Shown here: piece after piece, positions 59,306 to 64,000 of the stretch | Layout of the letters: each line of letters starts with the position of its first letter | How positions within the stretch are numbered: position 1 is the stretch's first letter | Source: Candidatus Kapaibacterium sp. | GTDB lineage: Bacteria > Bacteroidota > Ignavibacteria > Kapaibacteriales > UBA2268 | Reading direction: 5' to 3' | Length of the DNA: 64,000 bases | NCBI GenBank assembly: GCA_963664875.1 | Contig: OY761611.1 | Location: 3,648,001 to 3,712,000 of the forward strand | Program-made: the position numbers and the translations under genes | Notes under the pieces: model-generated | What the model was told of the DNA's origin: nothing | Seen by the model: only the letters and a program-made list of their open reading frames with translations | Database searches by the model: none

Positions 59306-60088
59306 ATGATCTCCGACCAAATCTTACTTATTAAATTAGATGAAAAGAAGGAAACAGAAAGAATATTATTGATTCTAATCAATGGCATACTTGATAATCT
59401 AGAGCAAGATATAATATCTGTTCGTACAGCTGAACTTGCGATATTTGGTCCAGCTATGCTTACTGAGAGGAAAAGGAAGCAAATAAACAATGGGATTTTA
59501 GACCTTATCTACGAAGGATTATTCCTTGAGAATGTATTGGATTGGATGCCTCATAAATTCAAAGATACCATCCACAATATGCAAACTGTTGCAAACACTT
59601 TGCTAAAGAAATATGATACAAACTATTTGGCAAAGCCTTGGATAGAAAATATAGATAATAAAAATATTTTATCAGATGAGGAAAGATTTGCTAAGCTAAA
59701 GCATATCAAAAAAAATTATAATAAAATCAGTGCTATTTATTCGGATATAAAAGAAAAAAGTGAAATTATCATATTAGTTCTAATATGTGGGATGATTGTG
59801 AGCTTAGAAAACAAGCTAATATCTCTAGATTATGCAAAAGAATCCTTGTTTTCAGACTCTACTACAGATATTTTAAGGAGCCTAGGTTTAAGACTTGAAA
59901 TAATCAATTTAATACAAAAAGGAATTGAGTTAGAAAGGCTAAATGTAAAAGACAAGCAACTGAACGAATCAAGCATTATCGAGATGAAAAATACAGCATA
60001 TAATCTATTGAAATGTTATAATTCTCCACAATATCTCTATAGAATCTGGATTAGAACAATTAGGTGCAAAAAAACATTATGTATTTGA
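59306..60088 (+). CDS. Tandem DUF3969-like double-domain protein (probable immunity)
   Basis: Two copies of E.E..IL.LI.G....LE...IS...A....F.......L...G....I..LI..G..LE. Confidence 0.65.
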   Translation: MISDQILLIKLDEKKETERILLILINGILDNLEQDIISVRTAELAIFGPAMLTERKRKQINNGILDLIYEGLFLENVLDWMPHKFKDTIHNMQTVANTLLKKYDTNYLAKPWIENIDNKNILSDEERFAKLKHIKKNYNKISAIYSDIKEKSEIIILVLICGMIVSLENKLISLDYAKESLFSDSTTDILRSLGLRLEIINLIQKGIELERLNVKDKQLNESSIIEMKNTAYNLLKCYNSPQYLYRIWIRTIRCKKTLCI

Positions 60089-60142
60089 AAAGAGTCAAGA
60101 AAACCATCTAAGTGAATAATTAGAATTCAAGGATACAACATT

Positions 60143-60484
60143 ATGATAACTGAAGAAATTGAATCTATTATACGAAGAAATTGGCTGAAAGCAGCTCAAG
60201 AATTGAATTTTGAAATTATCACCCCATATACTATTAGTATTGATGGGAATGATAGAAAAGTCTTTGCATTTTTGCCTGACTATGGTTCAAAACAAGGTGC
60301 GATTGTATGTTTATCAGCACAACCAAACTGTGATTGGCATATCAAGAGTTCTGACCATGACGAAATATGGAGCTGGGGACTTGCTAACAAAAGATTTTGT
60401 AGCATTATTTACATTACTAATGACAATCTAGTTTATGATAAAGAATATTTTATTGATATACTTGAGGACTGGAAAATAAGTTGA
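60143..60484 (+). CDS. Small hypothetical cytoplasmic protein, possible immunity protein
   Basis: W..AA.EL.F....PY, LPDYGS..G and YD..YF..ILEDW patterns; lies between two DUF3969-like genes. Confidence 0.55.
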   Translation: MITEEIESIIRRNWLKAAQELNFEIITPYTISIDGNDRKVFAFLPDYGSKQGAIVCLSAQPNCDWHIKSSDHDEIWSWGLANKRFCSIIYITNDNLVYDKEYFIDILEDWKIS

Positions 60485-60521
60485 GTGTTTAAGATAGAAA
60501 AAACGACTGAAGTGCCATAAC

Positions 60522-60762
60522 ATGATTTATTTAGAATTTGGATTAAAACAAGAAACTGAAATCAGAATACTCATTTTAATGTATGGCTTGCTTGACAGTT
60601 TAGAAAAAGATATAATTCCGTTGTATCTAACAACCAGAGCAATGTTTTCTCCTTATGGAGTTGATACATTAAAGGAAGTAGGAATAAGATCTGAAGTAAT
60701 AGATTTAGTTGATAGAGGAAGAGAACTAGATGATATTTTTGATTTAATTCCACATCTATACA
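60522..60762 (+). pseudogene. Truncated DUF3969-like gene
   Basis: Homologous to the 59306 domains up to DLIPHL, then reads through the terminator and the end of the convergent T9SS gene. Confidence 0.6.
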
Positions 60763-60796
60763 AAAAAAAAGGAACTGATATGGTAGCAGTCCCTTT
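60762..60796 (-). terminator. Terminator of the T9SS gene
   Basis: aaaaaaaaaggaactg...cagtcccttt hairpin with a U-tail on the minus strand. Confidence 0.65.
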
Positions 60797-60808
60797 TAAA
60801 ATTTCTGT

Positions 60809-62239
60809 TTACTCAACTACAAAACCAATAGCTCTTTTTTCTACATCATTATCAACAACTAAGTAATAGACACCTCTTTTGATACCTGTAACATCAATTT
60901 GTTTTGCTGCGAAGGCTGTCTGTTTGTCGTAATTGAACTGATTATCTAATACTTTGATTTCTTTTCCCATATAATCATATATTTTAAAGCTCACATTACT
61001 CATAGCGTGTGGATTCAAATAAAATCTCACTTCAGTATATGTGATTGCAGGGTTTGGTCTAACTGTAAGAGGTATTATTGTAGGCATACCTTCAGTTTCC
61101 TCTAATGATGTTTGATCGTACGGATCTAATGGTATCGCTGCAAAAATACTTTTACCATCTTCCCAATATTCTTCTTTTATATGTGAATAAAACCACCAAA
61201 TATTGTTTTTATCAACTTGAAAATATTTTGTTATATATGTGCTATCTGGAAAAGGAATACGTTTCCAATTTCCATCGGCAGGTTTGAAGTATAATTTGGC
61301 AAGATATTTTTCAGGTTGAGCTGTCTGTGCTAAAGCAAGCAGTCCGCCTTTATTATCTGACCTAACCCTAAATAAGATATTATAAGCCGGATTGAGGCTA
61401 TCATAGTCATCAAAAAAACCTTCAAAATCTTCACGAATAATGGTGTTTTTCAAATCGTCATGGAAGAGTTCTTTTGTGTCAAAATTATATGTATAATACT
61501 GAAAGTCTCTTGTTGAGTTACAAATCAGCATATTGTTTTTGATATATGGTGATGAAGCATAATAAAAGAAATCTAAAGTTTTGTGATAATTTGAAAAGTC
61601 AACTGAATCTGCCTCACCTGAACTTATCTCATATTCAATTAGCTTGCTGTTCCATGAATAATAATAAAGTTTATTGTTATATATTTCATAAGATTTAACG
61701 CCTGAACCTATAGAAGGATAGCAGTTTAGCAGCTTTTCGGGTTCAATATGAGTAAGCTTTAAAGAATTATCATCCAATATATGCATCCCTTGAAAAAATC
61801 CATTGAGACCATGTACTATATAATATTTATCGTCATTATATGCCACGAAACCATTACCTGTTTTTAAAGCTGGGATTTCATTTTCTGAGTAGATTATTGT
61901 AGTGTCTTCGGAAACATAAATTAAGGTATCTATTTTAGTAACTATATAAGATTTTTTTGAAAAAGCCATTGAAGAGTTCGAATAGCCCAATGTACAGTAA
62001 TCCTCACCATTATATGGTATCGTTTTGATGACTTTACTTAATTCTTTTGTCTCAATATCTATATAACACTGATAACCATAACTATTGAAAATTACATGAT
62101 TGTTTAAATCAAACAAAATTTCAGTACTACCGCCTCCTGATGTTAAGTCACCCATAGGGATATAGTTTCCCCATTTTTGTGCACTCAACTGAGTCATAGA
62201 GAGTAATAGAATTGAAAGATGTAAAAATAGATATTTCAT
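60809..62239 (-). CDS. Secreted beta-rich protein with T9SS type-A CTD
   Basis: Signal peptide ending AQKW; PNPA..EVRFYL.P...IYDYMG...GVYYLVVDNDVEKRAIGFVVE. Confidence 0.82.
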   Translation of the reverse strand: MKYLFLHLSILLLSMTQLSAQKWGNYIPMGDLTSGGGSTEILFDLNNHVIFNSYGYQCYIDIETKELSKVIKTIPYNGEDYCTLGYSNSSMAFSKKSYIVTKIDTLIYVSEDTTIIYSENEIPALKTGNGFVAYNDDKYYIVHGLNGFFQGMHILDDNSLKLTHIEPEKLLNCYPSIGSGVKSYEIYNNKLYYYSWNSKLIEYEISSGEADSVDFSNYHKTLDFFYYASSPYIKNNMLICNSTRDFQYYTYNFDTKELFHDDLKNTIIREDFEGFFDDYDSLNPAYNILFRVRSDNKGGLLALAQTAQPEKYLAKLYFKPADGNWKRIPFPDSTYITKYFQVDKNNIWWFYSHIKEEYWEDGKSIFAAIPLDPYDQTSLEETEGMPTIIPLTVRPNPAITYTEVRFYLNPHAMSNVSFKIYDYMGKEIKVLDNQFNYDKQTAFAAKQIDVTGIKRGVYYLVVDNDVEKRAIGFVVE

Positions 62240-62302
62240 ACTTACCTCGTCATAATAAAATAGATGGGCAGATGTTGACTATCAACAACTACCCAAAAAG
62301 TA

Positions 62303-63025
62303 TTAATCACATTTAACACCACATTCGTGGTAATATCCTTCAGGATTTAATTCTAAAGGGTTTTCCCATACTACAGGCATTTCTATCCATATTTGATCAG
62401 GGCATGCATTTGTTATATCTGTTCTTCTTTCTACAAGTTCCTGTCTTGCTTCAAATAGTCCTGTGTCCGGATCATTATAAAAACAAGTTTTATAAATAGA
62501 TAAACACTTAGCTTCATCGCTGCAAGGCACAAATTCAGAAATAGGGATTAGCCACTCGCCGGTGTCAATTTGATCAACTAATACCAAATCATTCGTCTGG
62601 CATGCTGCCATAGTAAGTTGATAGGAAATCTGTTGTTGTTCTTCATCACAGGGCGAAGGTTCTATTTCCCTTTTGTTTACTAAATCTTTAAGTACACCTT
62701 TGGCAATCATATCAATATAATATCCATAATTATTATTGAATTCTTCTTGGGCTGCTCTAAAATCACATGTGTCAGAATCAGGAATTAAGAAGACATGAGC
62801 AATCGAAAACTCTACATCAAAGGCGGAAATTGGTGGCCCTGCTTGGTGTTGATAAAAACAATAAATAACCTGAATTGTAAAACAAGGCTCGATTCTACCT
62901 ACCTCAACAGCAGGCATTTGTCGCCAGTCGGGATCGCCGCAGTCTGCCTGCAAATCAGTTATAGAAAAAGCGAATAGCATTGCAAGTGCAACACCCAGCA
63001 TAGCAAAAATAGATTTGCTTTTCAT
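62303..63025 (-). CDS. Secreted 12-cysteine protein of unknown function
   Basis: AAGGAG RBS, signal peptide, and 12 Cys co-linear with 7101-7844. Confidence 0.8.
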   Translation of the reverse strand: MKSKSIFAMLGVALAMLFAFSITDLQADCGDPDWRQMPAVEVGRIEPCFTIQVIYCFYQHQAGPPISAFDVEFSIAHVFLIPDSDTCDFRAAQEEFNNNYGYYIDMIAKGVLKDLVNKREIEPSPCDEEQQQISYQLTMAACQTNDLVLVDQIDTGEWLIPISEFVPCSDEAKCLSIYKTCFYNDPDTGLFEARQELVERRTDITNACPDQIWIEMPVVWENPLELNPEGYYHECGVKCD

Positions 63026-63143
63026 AAGGATACTCCTTAATTTGAATTGATAATGTTTATTATTAGGCAATTTGTACTTTAGCGGGTAAAATTGCCGAAA
63101 GGAATCTGCTTATGTGGGTTCCTTTTTTTTTTGGTGAATCATT

Positions 63144-64000
63144 TTACTCAACTACAAAACCAATAGCTCGCTTTTCTACATCGTTATCAACAACCAAGTA
63201 ATAGACACCTGGAGATAGCGATTCTACATTGATTATTTTGCTTGCCATTCCGGTATTTTTATTCAAATGATAAGAATTATTGAGCTCATTTATAAGCATT
63301 CCTGAGTAATTGTATATTTTGAAATTAACTTTATCGGCAGTTCTCGGGTCAAGATAAAATTTTATTTCCGAGGTAGTTCTTGCAGGGTTGGGAACAGTTT
63401 TAACAGGATATATCGTGAAAAGTTCTGTGTCTGCAATTGAAGTTGTATCTGCATAAGGATTAAATCTTACACAAGCGTATTTGTAATCTGGATTTTCTAA
63501 ATATTCCGGTTTTATCCGAGCGTAGCCCCAAAGAGTATTATCTACATCTAAATGTAAATATCCTGAAATATCATGCTTCTTTGGAAGAGCTATGTTTTGC
63601 CAGTTTTCACCGGATTTTTTCATATAAAAATGCCAATTACTTCTTTCGATACCAACGCTTACATATGCAAATAAACTACCTTTATGGTCAGCATACAGCA
63701 TCAGATTTAGTGTATCTTTTTCACTTACAGTTGGGAAATCCATCTTAAAAATTTCAGATTCAGCTATGTCCTCTACTTCATATTCCAAAGTATTTAAGTT
63801 GTATTTTATATACATTAATGATGCATTTAATCCAAATTCTTGAATTAGGTAGCAAGAGCTATCTACAAATCGTGCGTTGTCTATTTGCTTCAATTTATCA
63901 TATTTGTTTATGATTGGTTTTAAATCAAGAGAATCAACCTTATCTGATTTAGTATCATAACTGATGAGTTTATTGAATATTGAAAAATAGTAAACTTCAT
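63144..64000 (-). CDS. Secreted beta-rich protein with T9SS type-A CTD (5' end beyond the window)
   Basis: Frame is open to the window edge (VYYFSIFNKLISYD aligns with LYYYSWNSKLIEYE of 60809-62239); identical last 21 aa. Confidence 0.82.
   Translation of the reverse strand, partial: EVYYFSIFNKLISYDTKSDKVDSLDLKPIINKYDKLKQIDNARFVDSSCYLIQEFGLNASLMYIKYNLNTLEYEVEDIAESEIFKMDFPTVSEKDTLNLMLYADHKGSLFAYVSVGIERSNWHFYMKKSGENWQNIALPKKHDISGYLHLDVDNTLWGYARIKPEYLENPDYKYACVRFNPYADTTSIADTELFTIYPVKTVPNPARTTSEIKFYLDPRTADKVNFKIYNYSGMLINELNNSYHLNKNTGMASKIINVESLSPGVYYLVVDNDVEKRAIGFVVE

Noticed and set aside
821-62977. Numerous 60-135 aa ORFs antisense to or nested in long genes
   Set aside because: Shadow frames of well-supported CDSs with no independent evidence.
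60809-63210. Diversity-generating retroelement TR/VR pair from the near-identical T9SS gene ends
   Set aside because: No reverse transcriptase in the window; the differences are few and synonymous, and both copies are coding ends.

Overview
AT-rich bacterial chromosome segment from the FCB superphylum. T9SS C-terminal domains combined with Shine-Dalgarno usage suggest a Ca. Kapabacteria/Ignavibacteria/Chlorobi-like organism (inference). The backbone is housekeeping: metK, a sugar-nucleotidyltransferase, thyX, ansA, fbp, miaB, mlaE, pdxJ, asnB, yraN, folB-folK-dnaG, a POT transporter, an ECF sigma/anti-sigma pair, rnr-ribE-rqcH, an S41 protease and purF. Five kinds of accessory structure interrupt it. 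(1) A phage-free three-gene switch at 10.3-11.7 kb: a Mor-type activator divergent from an XRE repressor that carries the LexA-type Ala-Gly site, with the S24 Ser-Lys protease encoded by a separate gene. This suggests repressor cleavage in trans. (2) Two facing arrays of probable orphan immunity genes (41.1-42.8 kb and 48.6-53.7 kb). Each toxin appears reduced to a repeated signal-peptide stub plus a few C-terminal codons (lysozyme-, metallopeptidase- and papain-like tips, plus Tai4-like immunity genes). A third DUF3969-like cluster lies at 59.3-60.8 kb. (3) A repeated two-gene module: a 12-cysteine secreted protein, an intergenic hairpin, then a T9SS-sorted beta-rich protein (5.5-7.8 kb and 60.8-64 kb). 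(4) Two tandem T9SS CotH-domain proteins, one lacking the catalytic Asp. (5) MITE/REP mosaics, including a ~375-bp inverted duplicate. No rRNA, tRNA, CRISPR array, transposase or integrase was seen. All family assignments come from motif recognition by eye, not database searches.
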